From an uncultured archaeon (GTDB lineage Archaea > Asgardarchaeota > Thorarchaeia > Thorarchaeales > Thorarchaeaceae): a DNA stretch of 64,000 nucleotides. The position numbers were made by a program, and so were the translations under genes. Positions 20,192 to 30,465 of the stretch are shown piece by piece (the first letter of the stretch is position 1; each line of letters starts with the position of its first letter). The notes beneath the pieces are model-generated. The model was not told the DNA's origin, did not search any database, and saw only the letters and a list, made by a program, of their open reading frames with translations. The DNA lies in assembly GCA_964610875.1 (NCBI GenBank), contig CAZSWP010000010.1:1-64000 (forward strand), in the 5' to 3' direction.

Positions 20192-21265
20192 ATGAGCGCT
20201 CTCAATCCATTCAAGAATGTACCCACGATCATGACTGCTGATGAGATAATCGAATATGCTCACAATAAGTCAACCAAATTAGGTACCAAGAGCTCCTATC
20301 AAATACCTAAAGTTGAAAGAGCTCGAATACGTGAAATTGGGCGTCTACAAGAGTTTACAAAACTAGTCAAGACAAAACTAAAGCAGGCAGTTGAGGGGTT
20401 TCCTTCAATAGACCGATTACATCCTTTCTACTTGGAATTAACTCAGATACTCATTGGTACTGATAAATTGAAACAATCCCTAGGTGCAGTGTACAATTGT
20501 GTTGGATTAATCAACAATATTGCGAACAAGCACATCGAAGCCCTCAAGCTTGCTGATGACTATAAAATAATGAAGAGGACAAGGAGCGCCGCGAAAGGCA
20601 GGATTGCGTCTATTATCCGTGCCACAGCTGAGAATCTAGATTTCATAATAGATGCGAAGAAAAAACTAGCGAGGCTACCAGGTATTATACCAAACTCTCC
20701 CACTATTGTATGTGCAGGTTTTCCAAATGTTGGCAAGTCTACTCTTGTACATCAGGTATCAACAGCTGAACCAGAGATTGCATATTATCCATTCACGACT
20801 AAAAAAGTCATAATTGGACATCTTACTATTGATAATAATCGAGTGCAGATTGTTGACACTCCTGGTGTTCTTGACAGACCTATGAGCGAGAGAAATGATA
20901 TTGAGCGTCAGGCGATTACAGCACTGAAATATCTGGCTCACGTGATAATCTTCATGATAGACCCATCAGAAGCATGTGGTTGGAGTGTTTCCGATCAATC
21001 TAACCTGTTCAAAGAAGTTCGAAGAATGTTTCCACTCGCCCCCATCCTTCTGGCGCTAAACAAGATTGATATCACTCCCCCTGACAAACTGGAAAGCGCT
21101 AGAGAGATGTTTCCAGATGCATACGAAATTATAGCTACGGAGGGGACAGGTGTTGATGAACTATTATCTGATGCTGTAGATGAAGTGGATATTGTCACAC
21201 TCTCAGAATCAATTAAGGAGCATATCTCGTCAATCACTGACAGAGAATCCTACTCCGGAGACTGA
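20192..21265 (+). CDS. NOG1 family GTPase
   Basis: LHPFY, GFPNVGKS, YPFTT, DTPG.LDRP, NKID. Confidence 0.92.
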   Translation: MSALNPFKNVPTIMTADEIIEYAHNKSTKLGTKSSYQIPKVERARIREIGRLQEFTKLVKTKLKQAVEGFPSIDRLHPFYLELTQILIGTDKLKQSLGAVYNCVGLINNIANKHIEALKLADDYKIMKRTRSAAKGRIASIIRATAENLDFIIDAKKKLARLPGIIPNSPTIVCAGFPNVGKSTLVHQVSTAEPEIAYYPFTTKKVIIGHLTIDNNRVQIVDTPGVLDRPMSERNDIERQAITALKYLAHVIIFMIDPSEACGWSVSDQSNLFKEVRRMFPLAPILLALNKIDITPPDKLESAREMFPDAYEIIATEGTGVDELLSDAVDEVDIVTLSESIKEHISSITDRESYSGD

Positions 21266-22297
21266 TAGCCTCCCCGGTTGACCTATCCCTCCAGAGAGAT
21301 TCATCTCGTTCTCTAAGAACTGTTTGACAACCCAGATGTTAGTTTTCAGATGTGATGAGATTTTCGTTATTCCAATTTCACTATTTCCGCCTGCCAATGC
21401 AAGATACGGAACGAGCATATCGGAGAGATGGGAGTCTATAGCTTTTCCAGTGGATAAATCCCTTATCAGCTGTTTCGCTGCTTCCTCTCCCACTACTTCA
21501 GCTCTCTTTCCTCTGGCTCCTAAAGAATCAGCACCAACTCGGATGCCTTGTTTGGACTCCGCCCAGAGGACAATACCGCTCCCAGCACTCAAATGTGGGT
21601 CGCTTCCCTTTGGATATGATTCAATCTCTATCTCAACATCACTATAACCCGATTTCTCAATCAATTGCTGCGCTGCTGAAGCTTGTCTCTCTGCTATATG
21701 TCTTGGAAGCCGGACACAGTGTGATACACCCTTGATATTATCAAGCTCGCCAAAATCAAGCAACTCAACTGGTTTGAATCCTTGGCTTGGTTTCACCTTT
21801 GCAACGACCCTCCCTCCTCCCTTCGGATAATGTCCTCGTTTCTCAATTCTTATGTCTATGTCAGCCCCAAGCAACTTTAGCATTGGAACAAAGATATGCT
21901 GTAGATATTCAATTGGTGGACTCCAAGCAACATCGGTGCCCCCTCTGATTCTGAAGCCTATTTTATCTGGAGCGAGAGATGCTGTTGGTAACACCGCTTG
22001 CAGAACAAGAGAAATCGCTCCCGCAGTGCCAACATCGTGTGTGAATTCTCCTGCTTGTCGCTGAGTTGGTCGGAATTCAACCGTTTCACTTCCCACTTCT
22101 AGTCCAATTGTTTCCGCTTTGACAAGCTGTGCAGTGAGTTCTATTCCCACAATATGCTGTCGTTTCAATCCTGGTTTTGGACGTCCTGCCCTTATCTTGT
22201 GTATCTTCACAGGTCGCATTAATAGAGAGGACAAGGCAACCGAGGTTCTAAGTATCTGCCCACCGCCTTCTCCTTTTGATCCATCTATCTCAATCAT
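21230..22297 (-). CDS. rtcA: RNA 3'-terminal phosphate cyclase
   Basis: IDGSKGEGGGQILRT, RPKPGLKRQH, GGTDVAWSPP, GHYPKGGG, SSHLKTN. Confidence 0.93.
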   Translation of the reverse strand: MIEIDGSKGEGGGQILRTSVALSSLLMRPVKIHKIRAGRPKPGLKRQHIVGIELTAQLVKAETIGLEVGSETVEFRPTQRQAGEFTHDVGTAGAISLVLQAVLPTASLAPDKIGFRIRGGTDVAWSPPIEYLQHIFVPMLKLLGADIDIRIEKRGHYPKGGGRVVAKVKPSQGFKPVELLDFGELDNIKGVSHCVRLPRHIAERQASAAQQLIEKSGYSDVEIEIESYPKGSDPHLSAGSGIVLWAESKQGIRVGADSLGARGKRAEVVGEEAAKQLIRDLSTGKAIDSHLSDMLVPYLALAGGNSEIGITKISSHLKTNIWVVKQFLENEMNLSGGIGQPGRLSVSGVGFSVSD

Positions 22298-22380
22298 ACT
22301 TTGCAGCTCAACTGACAATGCACACGACCCGTTAAGAAACTCACGCTGAGTTACATTGCCCAATCCTTATTTGGTACTCT

Positions 22381-22929
22381 ATGACATCCAATCGGGTGAT
22401 TATTTTGCGTTCTGCATTCATTGGAAGATTTCAACCGTTTCACAAGGGCCACTTACATACTATCAAACAAATCTTAGAGAAGGAAGAAGAACTGGTGATT
22501 GTGATTGGTAGTTCACAGTACTCTCACACACCAAATAATCCTTTGACAGGCGGTGAGCGGATTATGCTCATCAAACGCGCCCTCATGGATGAAGGTCTGC
22601 CCTTGGATAAGATTGACATCATTCCCCTTTCTGACATCAATATTCATCCGCTCTGGGTGGCTCATATGCAGAGTTTTTGTCCCTATATAGACAAAGTGTA
22701 CACGCATAATGATCTTGTCACGCGTCTGATAAAAGATGCAGGACTCCATCATGATGTCACAGCTCTTCTTGAGCGAACATCATATAGTGCAAATCATATC
22801 CGCGACCTAATCCGATGGGATAATCCTGACTGGGAGACCCTAGTTCCTCTAGGAGTGGCTGAGATGATAAAGCACTATGGTTGGGATGAACGGATACGAG
22901 ATATTGGCAATACCACGACTAAGAGATAG
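22381..22929 (+). CDS. nadM: Nicotinamide-nucleotide adenylyltransferase
   Basis: FIGRFQPFHKGH, IGSSQYSHT..NPLTGGER. Confidence 0.9.
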   Translation: MTSNRVIILRSAFIGRFQPFHKGHLHTIKQILEKEEELVIVIGSSQYSHTPNNPLTGGERIMLIKRALMDEGLPLDKIDIIPLSDINIHPLWVAHMQSFCPYIDKVYTHNDLVTRLIKDAGLHHDVTALLERTSYSANHIRDLIRWDNPDWETLVPLGVAEMIKHYGWDERIRDIGNTTTKR

Positions 22930-22970
22930 CCAATTGCTCACAGCAGCCTTTATATAAGAACATAAATGGA

Positions 22971-23042
22971 TGGACTAGTGGTGAACGTCAGTGCTAGGTG
23001 AATGCGTTCCGAACCCAAACTAGTCTAATTCTATGTCCTAGC
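22971..23042 (+). promoter_or_regulatory. Structured 5' leader of proS (hairpin with possible pseudoknot)
   Basis: TATA TTTATATA at about 22949; TGGACTAGT/ACTAGTCTA and GAACG/CGTTC stems; loop GCTAGG complementary to CCTAGC at 23037-23042. Confidence 0.4.
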
Positions 23043-23067
23043 CAACTCCATATCGAACTGTCCAAAA

Positions 23068-24564
23068 TTGGAGGAATCAGTATTGAACGGTAGTGAAGAA
23101 ACTAAAGATAACAAGCAAATTTTCAGCATAAACAAGGAAGAGAATTTTCCTGACTGGTATACTGAGATCTGCAAAGTTGCAGAGCTTGCTGATGTCAGGT
23201 ACGGGGTTAAAGGGTTCACACCGTTCTTACCTTGGAGTCTAATGTCAATGAATCTTATGTTTGATATTCTGGAAAACACACTCCAGAGCAAGGACCATTT
23301 GCCCATGCTGTTTCCAACAGTAATACCTGAGAGTAATCTGCTTAAGGAAGCAGAACATGTTGAAGGCTTCTCCCCTGAGGTATTTTGGATTCGGGAGATT
23401 GGCGATGGTGTGAAACTGGAAGAAGCACTTGCCCTACGTCCTACAAGTGAAACTGCAATCTATCCCATGTATTCTCTATGGGTACGAAGCTGGCGTGATC
23501 TTCCTATGAAGCGATATCAAAGATGCTCTGTGTATAGGTCTGAGATAAAGAGTACTCGTCCTTTTCTGAGGGGTCGTGAATTTCTGTGGATCGAAAGCCA
23601 TAATGTATTCGCCACACACGAGGAAGTACTTGAACAGGTCCAAGAAGACCTAGAAACCACAAAAGAGGTAGTGACGGATGCATTTGGAATTCCCGTTATG
23701 GTGTTCAAAAGAACCCAATGGGATAAATTTCCTGGCGGTCTGAACACTTATGCAGCTGATGCCCTCATGCCAGACGGAAAAGTGGTTCAGCTCCCCTCAA
23801 CTCATGATCTTGGTGACAACTTCGCCAAGGCATTTGACATCAAGTACCTTGCAGAGAATAATGAGATGGAATATGCTTGGCAGACCTGCTATGGGCCTGC
23901 TATATCTCGTATATACGGAGCAATGATATCCATCCATGGAGATGACAAGGGTCTCCGTTTACCCTTCAAAGTGGCACCTTATCAAATAGTAATTATTCCG
24001 ATTTTCAAAGGGAAAAACGCGGATGAGGTCCTCAAGTATTGCCAAGATATTGAAAAATCATTAAAAAAGGTAGGTCTTCGTGTATATCTTGATGACCAAG
24101 ATCAAACACCTGGTTGGAAATACAACTATTGGGAAATGAAGGGAGTACCTATTCGTATCGAGGCTGGTCCGCGTGATATCAAAAAGGATGCCGTCGTTGT
24201 ATTCAGAAGAGATACAATGAAACGCGAATCCGTGAAACTTTCCGACCTCAAAAAGAAAATTCGTAGTCTTGGAAAGGAAATTGATGATAAACTCCGATTT
24301 GATGCAGAATCCAAGTTTGAGGGTCTCATAGTAGATGCCGAAACTTACGGTCAAATAGAAGATGCTCTCCAAAAGGGCAAGATTGCACGGATCTCGTTCT
24401 GTACCACTGAGATGGAAGGTCTGTCATGTGGTGAGGAGATAAAGGACCGGACTGGTGGCGAGATTCGTGGCACTCGTACAGATATTGAAGAGAAACCTGA
24501 GAGCGTTTGTGTTGTCTGTGGAAAACCTGCACAATCGGTAGTTTATGTTGCTCGATCATATTAA
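23068..24564 (+). CDS. proS: Proline--tRNA ligase (archaeal/eukaryal type); true start possibly TTG 23083
   Basis: LRPTSETAIY, TRPFLRGREFLW, HDLGDNF, HGDDKGL, C-terminal ARSY. Confidence 0.95.
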   Translation: MEESVLNGSEETKDNKQIFSINKEENFPDWYTEICKVAELADVRYGVKGFTPFLPWSLMSMNLMFDILENTLQSKDHLPMLFPTVIPESNLLKEAEHVEGFSPEVFWIREIGDGVKLEEALALRPTSETAIYPMYSLWVRSWRDLPMKRYQRCSVYRSEIKSTRPFLRGREFLWIESHNVFATHEEVLEQVQEDLETTKEVVTDAFGIPVMVFKRTQWDKFPGGLNTYAADALMPDGKVVQLPSTHDLGDNFAKAFDIKYLAENNEMEYAWQTCYGPAISRIYGAMISIHGDDKGLRLPFKVAPYQIVIIPIFKGKNADEVLKYCQDIEKSLKKVGLRVYLDDQDQTPGWKYNYWEMKGVPIRIEAGPRDIKKDAVVVFRRDTMKRESVKLSDLKKKIRSLGKEIDDKLRFDAESKFEGLIVDAETYGQIEDALQKGKIARISFCTTEMEGLSCGEEIKDRTGGEIRGTRTDIEEKPESVCVVCGKPAQSVVYVARSY

Positions 24565-24666
24565 AATAAAGGATGAGAGAGTCTTTTTGACTCTCCTTCT
24601 ACTTTTTCCCACATGTGTACTCTATTAAGTAAAATAATTAAATTTATAGATCGAGCGTGGTCTTCA

Positions 24667-25653
24667 ATGAAGATACTGGTTCCCTATAACGATGAGATTG
24701 TAAAACAAATTCAATCTATCATTGGAGATGTTGCAGAGGTCATTGGATCTGATAGAACACCTGAAGCAATGTTAGAGGCTGGTAGTGACGCAATAGCTGT
24801 AGCATCTGGACGAGTACCCGGCGAGTATATTTTGAAAGCTAAGAATCTAAAGATAATCCAAGCATTTGGAGCAGGAATTGACAAGATTGACAAGGATGCT
24901 GTTCTAAAGCGTGGCGATGTAATAGTATGTAACAATCATGAGAATGCTCCTGAAGTGGCTGAGTATGCCATTATGCTTCTTCTCGCCGTAGCTAAACGAA
25001 TAATTCTCAGTGATAGAGAGATGAGAAAAGGGGATTGGGCTCATGGATGGGGTGGTCCAAGCCCATCTATTGAGATCCGCGGAAAATATGTTCTACTCAT
25101 CGGTCTTGGTAATATTGGTAGAGAAGTAGCTAAACGATTACGTTGTTTTGATGTAAAAATAACTGCAGTCACTCGCACTGGCAGTTCTTCACATTCTCAC
25201 CTTGTTGATAGACTAGTCAGTATTGATGATATCGAACCTAGTGTGAAGCGAGCTGATTTTGTGATACTGGCACTTCCTCTAACCAATAATTCTGAAGCGC
25301 TAGTTGATGAGGAGTTTCTCTCTTGGATGAAATCCTCCTCCCTCTTAATCAACATCTCAAGAGGTCCTATTGTGGTTGAATCAGCTCTCTATGATGCCTT
25401 AGAAAAGAAGCAGATTGCTGGTGCTGCTATTGATGTCTGGTGGAAATATCCCAAGAAATGGGGCGGGTCAGGAAAAATCCCATCAGAAGAATACCCATTC
25501 CATGAATTGGACAATGTAGTCATTTCGCCTCACCGAGCCGCATATTCTGAGCACATAATGAAGGATCAAATACAGTTTGTTGCTGAGAATCTTCTGAGAT
25601 TCATCAAGGGTGAATCTCCTGAAAACATTGTTGACATGAAACTTGGGTATTGA
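24667..25653 (+). CDS. D-isomer-specific 2-hydroxyacid dehydrogenase
   Basis: GLGNIG, INISRG, IDVWW, SPHRA. Confidence 0.88.
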   Translation: MKILVPYNDEIVKQIQSIIGDVAEVIGSDRTPEAMLEAGSDAIAVASGRVPGEYILKAKNLKIIQAFGAGIDKIDKDAVLKRGDVIVCNNHENAPEVAEYAIMLLLAVAKRIILSDREMRKGDWAHGWGGPSPSIEIRGKYVLLIGLGNIGREVAKRLRCFDVKITAVTRTGSSSHSHLVDRLVSIDDIEPSVKRADFVILALPLTNNSEALVDEEFLSWMKSSSLLINISRGPIVVESALYDALEKKQIAGAAIDVWWKYPKKWGGSGKIPSEEYPFHELDNVVISPHRAAYSEHIMKDQIQFVAENLLRFIKGESPENIVDMKLGY

Positions 25654-25796
25654 CATCTATCAAATCTCATTTTTGGTGGTGGTTATCTACCCTAGCTGTC
25701 ACCTTATTATAAGGTCAAACGATGGCTTTAGACCATAACTCAGGGAGGCTCTGTTCTCAATAAGTACTGAGAGTCAAACCTTTTAGGTGGACCAAG

Positions 25797-28022
25797 ATGA
25801 CGACAGAACAATACACAGAATCAGGGGAAATCATATTGGACATCACAAGTCTTGCAGACATACCTGGTGTGGGTGACAAGGTCACTAAAGCACTTGTTGA
25901 CCATTTTGGTTCAGAATCAGTCGCTATGAAAGTGATTTTGGACTCGCGTGTTGATCTGGTTGCAGCTGTCCCAGGTATTGGTGACAGACAGGCAGTAAAC
26001 ATTGTAAAAGCCGCTTTCGAATCACAATTCGGTGTCAGTTCTAATACAATACTTCGGAGTCCGGATGTTAGGAAGATATTCGAATCTGTGATGGATATCA
26101 TCCGTGATTATGCTAATACGAGCTATGCCCGTGACAAGCTCTTTCTCTATTTTCCACTACCCCCTGAACGAATTGATGATATCCATAAGAGACAGGAATA
26201 TTTTAGTCATGCACTAGAGATGGCACGTGGACTATCCACGGAACAACGCGAATTCTTGAAGAAACATCTTGGACAGATTCGCGGGCTCTTCAAAAGAATA
26301 CGACACAAACGTATTGAAGGTCGCGTGATAATCACGAATGATGACAAGGTCTTTGACAAACTGGTGCAAGAAGGAGTTGATCGTTGGTGTCCAGTATACG
26401 TTCTTTCGGAGGGCGAGAGTGGTGCTGATTATGCACAAGGCTATGACCTTGTGATTTACATATCGCCTTTGGGTGTCTACGATGATTCAATTGACATGTT
26501 GGATAATGTGGAAATCCTTGGAAAAGACTGGTCCATCTCTAAAATTTTACCAGAGATGACTGTCAATTTCTATTCACGAAATTACCATGTGATTGATGCT
26601 GCTTGCAGTCTCGCTGATGAGTTCAGTAAATTACCAAGTAATTCTGCAATGAGTATATTTGCAAAAGGTCTTGATTTTGAGAAATTGAATCAAGTTGGTG
26701 CCATTCTAAGAAATCTCGATGAAAATGGAGATATCGCTCAAGGTGTTGATGCTGAGCTGGACAGATATCGAAAAGCAGTCAAAGCATATCCTACAGCAAT
26801 TGCTGAAACAGAGGCATGGATGAATCAAGAGATTCACTCACGAATCGAGAAGAGTCAAGTTACGCTTGGTGGACAACAGATAATCAGTATACTACAGTCA
26901 GCAGACCTCGAAGGTGCAGAAGGGAACACACTTCGCAATATGCTTCCTGCTGAAATAGTAGAAACCTTCACCTCAACTGTTAGTGAGGCTGAAGAGAAAC
27001 TTGTAGCAATGCTTGGTCTCACCATCCGTGAAGCAGATTGGGTCATCGGAGTGATTAGCGATGAGATTGCACTTCCTGCAAAAATGGTTCCTATGGCAAT
27101 CAATGATTTGGAAGATAAATTACGCAGGCGATTTGCAGACCGCCAATTCAGACTGATAAAGAAATTTGCTGGAGAGCTTGAAGCATTACAAGATGTTGTT
27201 ACTGAAGCTGTACAGACTCTACTCGAGTTTGACCTCTTTTTGGCGGTGGGTCTTTTCTCCGTAGATTATGATCTCGACATGCCAGTTGTTTCAAACGAAT
27301 ATAATGGCTTAGGTGTGAAAGGTGCGAATAACATCTTTTTGGTGGAGAGTCATTTGAAAGGAAAACATGGCAAAGTTGTTCCTATTGATTATGCTATTGG
27401 GAACACGCCGTTTCGACCTGCCGGAACAAATGGTGAGAACTGTGCAATTCTATCAGGTGCAAATAGTGGTGGGAAGACAACAACAATACAGACACTGGCT
27501 CAAATTGCCACTCTTGCACAGACTGGATTTCCAGTTCCCGCTAAGGAAACCTTCACCTGTGTGTTCGAAGAGATATTCTTCTTCTACAAGAGTCGGGGTA
27601 TGGTGAGTGCTGGAGCATTCGAAACCACACTAAAACAATTCGCAGATATTGTAGTTTCTGACAAATCAAAACTAGCACTCTTTGATGAAGTAGAAGCCAT
27701 AACAGAACCAGGCAGTGCAGCTAACGTGATTGCTGGATTGATTGAAATCCTTCAAAGAGACCCAAACAGTTCGACGGTGATATGCAGTCACCTTGCACGA
27801 GAGATACAAGATGCAACTGATGTCCCTGTACGAGTTGATGGAATCGAAGCACGAGGACTTGATGAAGATCTCAATCTGATTGTAGATAGAACACCAAAAT
27901 TCGGTGTACTTGCTAGAAGCACTCCCGAACTTATTGTAGAAAGACTGGCAAAGCTCTCGCGTGGAGATAAGAAAGAGGTCTATGAGAAGATTCTTGAGAA
28001 CCTAAGTCGAGGGCGTACTTGA
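25797..28022 (+). CDS. Archaeal MutS-like ATPase with N-terminal helix-hairpin-helix (MutS2/MutS5 type)
   Basis: IPGVG HhH, SGANSGGKTT, AGAFE, DEVEAITEPG, SHL, RVDGIEA. Confidence 0.85.
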   Translation: MTTEQYTESGEIILDITSLADIPGVGDKVTKALVDHFGSESVAMKVILDSRVDLVAAVPGIGDRQAVNIVKAAFESQFGVSSNTILRSPDVRKIFESVMDIIRDYANTSYARDKLFLYFPLPPERIDDIHKRQEYFSHALEMARGLSTEQREFLKKHLGQIRGLFKRIRHKRIEGRVIITNDDKVFDKLVQEGVDRWCPVYVLSEGESGADYAQGYDLVIYISPLGVYDDSIDMLDNVEILGKDWSISKILPEMTVNFYSRNYHVIDAACSLADEFSKLPSNSAMSIFAKGLDFEKLNQVGAILRNLDENGDIAQGVDAELDRYRKAVKAYPTAIAETEAWMNQEIHSRIEKSQVTLGGQQIISILQSADLEGAEGNTLRNMLPAEIVETFTSTVSEAEEKLVAMLGLTIREADWVIGVISDEIALPAKMVPMAINDLEDKLRRRFADRQFRLIKKFAGELEALQDVVTEAVQTLLEFDLFLAVGLFSVDYDLDMPVVSNEYNGLGVKGANNIFLVESHLKGKHGKVVPIDYAIGNTPFRPAGTNGENCAILSGANSGGKTTTIQTLAQIATLAQTGFPVPAKETFTCVFEEIFFFYKSRGMVSAGAFETTLKQFADIVVSDKSKLALFDEVEAITEPGSAANVIAGLIEILQRDPNSSTVICSHLAREIQDATDVPVRVDGIEARGLDEDLNLIVDRTPKFGVLARSTPELIVERLAKLSRGDKKEVYEKILENLSRGRT

Positions 28023-28028
28023 TTACCA

Positions 28029-28607
28029 TTGAGAGTACTCATATTCGGCGATGCACACATTCCAAGAAGAAGCGACTCGGTTCCAGAGCCATTCTATCAT
28101 CATATCAAACAGACTAATTTTGATATGGCTCTCATCACTGGTGACTTGGTCAATGAGCAAGCCATGAGAGCCGCCTTACCGCCATTACCTCGTACATTCA
28201 TTGTACGTGGGAACATGGACTTTTCAGGAAGCGAATACAATTTTTCTGAACAAATTCATGTTGGAGGATTTCGGTTTTTGTTGTTACATGGAACCCAACT
28301 CAGGCCCAGAGGGAATGTTCAACAACTCTATGATATTGCTGAACATGTGGAAGCCGATGTAGCAGTACATGGCCATACTCACGAAGCTGCAATTGAACTC
28401 TACAAAGACAAACTTATACTAAATCCTGGTACGATATCCGGTGCTACTGGTGGTTGGTCTGGAAAGACTACAGCCAGTATGATTGATCTTACAGTAAGGG
28501 GCTGGTCTATTGAAGTCACTCTATTCAAGACTGATTGGAAAAAGGTGAGTGAATCCAAAGCACTCTTTGAGAAAAGGGATGGAATCATCAAACGAAAGCA
28601 GGAATAG
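28029..28607 (+). CDS. Metallophosphoesterase, YfcE/Vps29 family
   Basis: GDAHIP.R, TGDL, VRGNMD, HG, GHTH, NPGT. Confidence 0.85.
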   Translation: MRVLIFGDAHIPRRSDSVPEPFYHHIKQTNFDMALITGDLVNEQAMRAALPPLPRTFIVRGNMDFSGSEYNFSEQIHVGGFRFLLLHGTQLRPRGNVQQLYDIAEHVEADVAVHGHTHEAAIELYKDKLILNPGTISGATGGWSGKTTASMIDLTVRGWSIEVTLFKTDWKKVSESKALFEKRDGIIKRKQE

Positions 28608-28621
28608 ACAAAACGGAACTC

Positions 28622-29245
28622 CTATTCCCAGGGACTTGGACTGAGTAATCGCATGTAGATACGTTTCAAGATATTGGTAGATTCTTGTAACGCGATTTTG
28701 ATTGACTTGTCATCAATTTGTTTCCTCGGTTGTTCATCCTTGTTCTCCTTCTTAAATCGTCCAAGTAGTCTGTCTGCAATGCTCTCATCCTGTTCAACAT
28801 CTTCATTCACATCTACTGAATCAGCTGCTTTCTGCATTTCTTCTATTGGAATGATATCTCTGGTTAGGGGGAGTCTTTGAAAGAAATTGAACATGACCAA
28901 ACGTGCTTCTGAACCATCTACTCTCTCATCTGGAATATCTCCCACGAGTATCATAGATTCTTCTCGTATCTTTTTTGAAAGGATGCTCTGGATATCCGTT
29001 GCAAGTATTCTGTTCTGCCCACATGCAATACCAATCTGTATCATGATCATACGAACTCGATCAAGAATGACTCCTGTGTCAGCTCCAATGACCGACTTTC
29101 CTCGCATTGTTGCCCTCCAATCATCATAAGCACCATTGACTCTAGTCAATTCCTCTTCTGTACACTGAATCTTTGGTAGGTCGTCGTAGGGGATTAATGG
29201 GCACCAGACATCCATAGGTCCCCAATTATTACTAGTCGTGGGCAT
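28622..29245 (-). CDS. Hypothetical protein
   Basis: 207-aa ORF, no recognised motif. Confidence 0.6.
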   Translation of the reverse strand: MPTTSNNWGPMDVWCPLIPYDDLPKIQCTEEELTRVNGAYDDWRATMRGKSVIGADTGVILDRVRMIMIQIGIACGQNRILATDIQSILSKKIREESMILVGDIPDERVDGSEARLVMFNFFQRLPLTRDIIPIEEMQKAADSVDVNEDVEQDESIADRLLGRFKKENKDEQPRKQIDDKSIKIALQESTNILKRIYMRLLSPSPWE

Positions 29246-29290
29246 GTTTTGAACTCGTTTTGCTATTTTTTCAGTGTATTCAGTGTGTAT

Positions 29291-30190
29291 CTATGCTCTT
29301 CTCTTAACTACTAGAATGACGACTATCACACAAACAACAATGATTACACTACCACCAATCAATAACCACATGTCAATTGGTTGTTGTTCTACAGCCTTTT
29401 CAACAAGCATTGAGAATTGTCCTTCATAAGCATCGTCCATCTGAGGGTGCTGTGGATCATTACCGAAGAGTTGTGCTAAATCAGAGTCCTCTGGAAAGAC
29501 CTCATTTTCAATGTATTCTCTACAATGGTCATATGCATAGGCAAATGCTTCCTCCACAGTCACATCGGCATCATCATTCAGATCTGCAGTATCAGTCGAA
29601 AACGCATTGGTGAGGAAATGATTGAACAGGCATCCAGAAACCTCTTCAGTTTCTTCTCCGGCTAGTCCTAGTTCTCCCTGATCTGTTGCAGATATGTGAA
29701 TGTGCGGTGCATCCTCATTCTCAAAATCTTCAATGAAATCGCCAGAGTGACAAGTGGATAGAACCATCAATTTCTTCTGGCTTTGAATATCTCCCCATGC
29801 ATCAAGATATTCCTCCCCTCCGAAGTTTCTTTGGTCCATCCAGGTTCCATGTGCAAAAACATAGAAGAATGCTAAATCATTTTCATCAGCATTTTCAACA
29901 AGGAAATCAATGGCATCGAGAAGGATGTTTGCTGAAAGATAACCTCTAGTAATCTCAATATGATCGTTCTCCCACCCCAATGCCGTGAGTGTATCATTCC
30001 ATTTTGTAGTATCTGCATAACCCGTTTCTAGGTCTGTCCACTGTGAAGGATAATCATTCATCTCCAGTAATACCGCCCACCCCTCTGAAGGGTTTGTTTG
30101 AGCAGCAACCGTTGATATAGAAGAAATCGAAATTACAGATACGCACAAAAGAAGCGAAAGCACTCCCAAACCAATCAATGACCTGTTCAT
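29291..30190 (-). CDS. Caspase-like (clan CD) protease with signal peptide and C-terminal TM anchor
   Basis: FFYVFAHG (His) and STCHSG (Cys) dyad; terminal TM plus KRR. Confidence 0.7.
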   Translation of the reverse strand: MNRSLIGLGVLSLLLCVSVISISSISTVAAQTNPSEGWAVLLEMNDYPSQWTDLETGYADTTKWNDTLTALGWENDHIEITRGYLSANILLDAIDFLVENADENDLAFFYVFAHGTWMDQRNFGGEEYLDAWGDIQSQKKLMVLSTCHSGDFIEDFENEDAPHIHISATDQGELGLAGEETEEVSGCLFNHFLTNAFSTDTADLNDDADVTVEEAFAYAYDHCREYIENEVFPEDSDLAQLFGNDPQHPQMDDAYEGQFSMLVEKAVEQQPIDMWLLIGGSVIIVVCVIVVILVVKRRA

Positions 30191-30465
30191 CAAGACCACA
30201 ACAATCAAAACTATTTGAAAAACAAGATATAATGTTCACAGTTTAAGCAATTTTTTCTATTCTATCATCTCATCAATGTGGTAGATATAATTATGTCAGT
30301 ATATTCAACAATTACGCTAAGAAAGCATCTCCGTACATTAACAGGTTCGTTTCCCCTAGCTTTGGTTCTCTCTTAATCGTGTCTAGTATAAACGGAAGAA
30401 GACTTTGAATCAGCAATGAATAATAAAAAAACAGGAGGGAGGCAAGGAATGCCTCCAAGAATGAG

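Noticed and set aside
21230-22297. rtcA as a dedicated part of the intron system
   Set aside because: Widespread archaeal gene in a housekeeping neighbourhood; no specific linkage visible.
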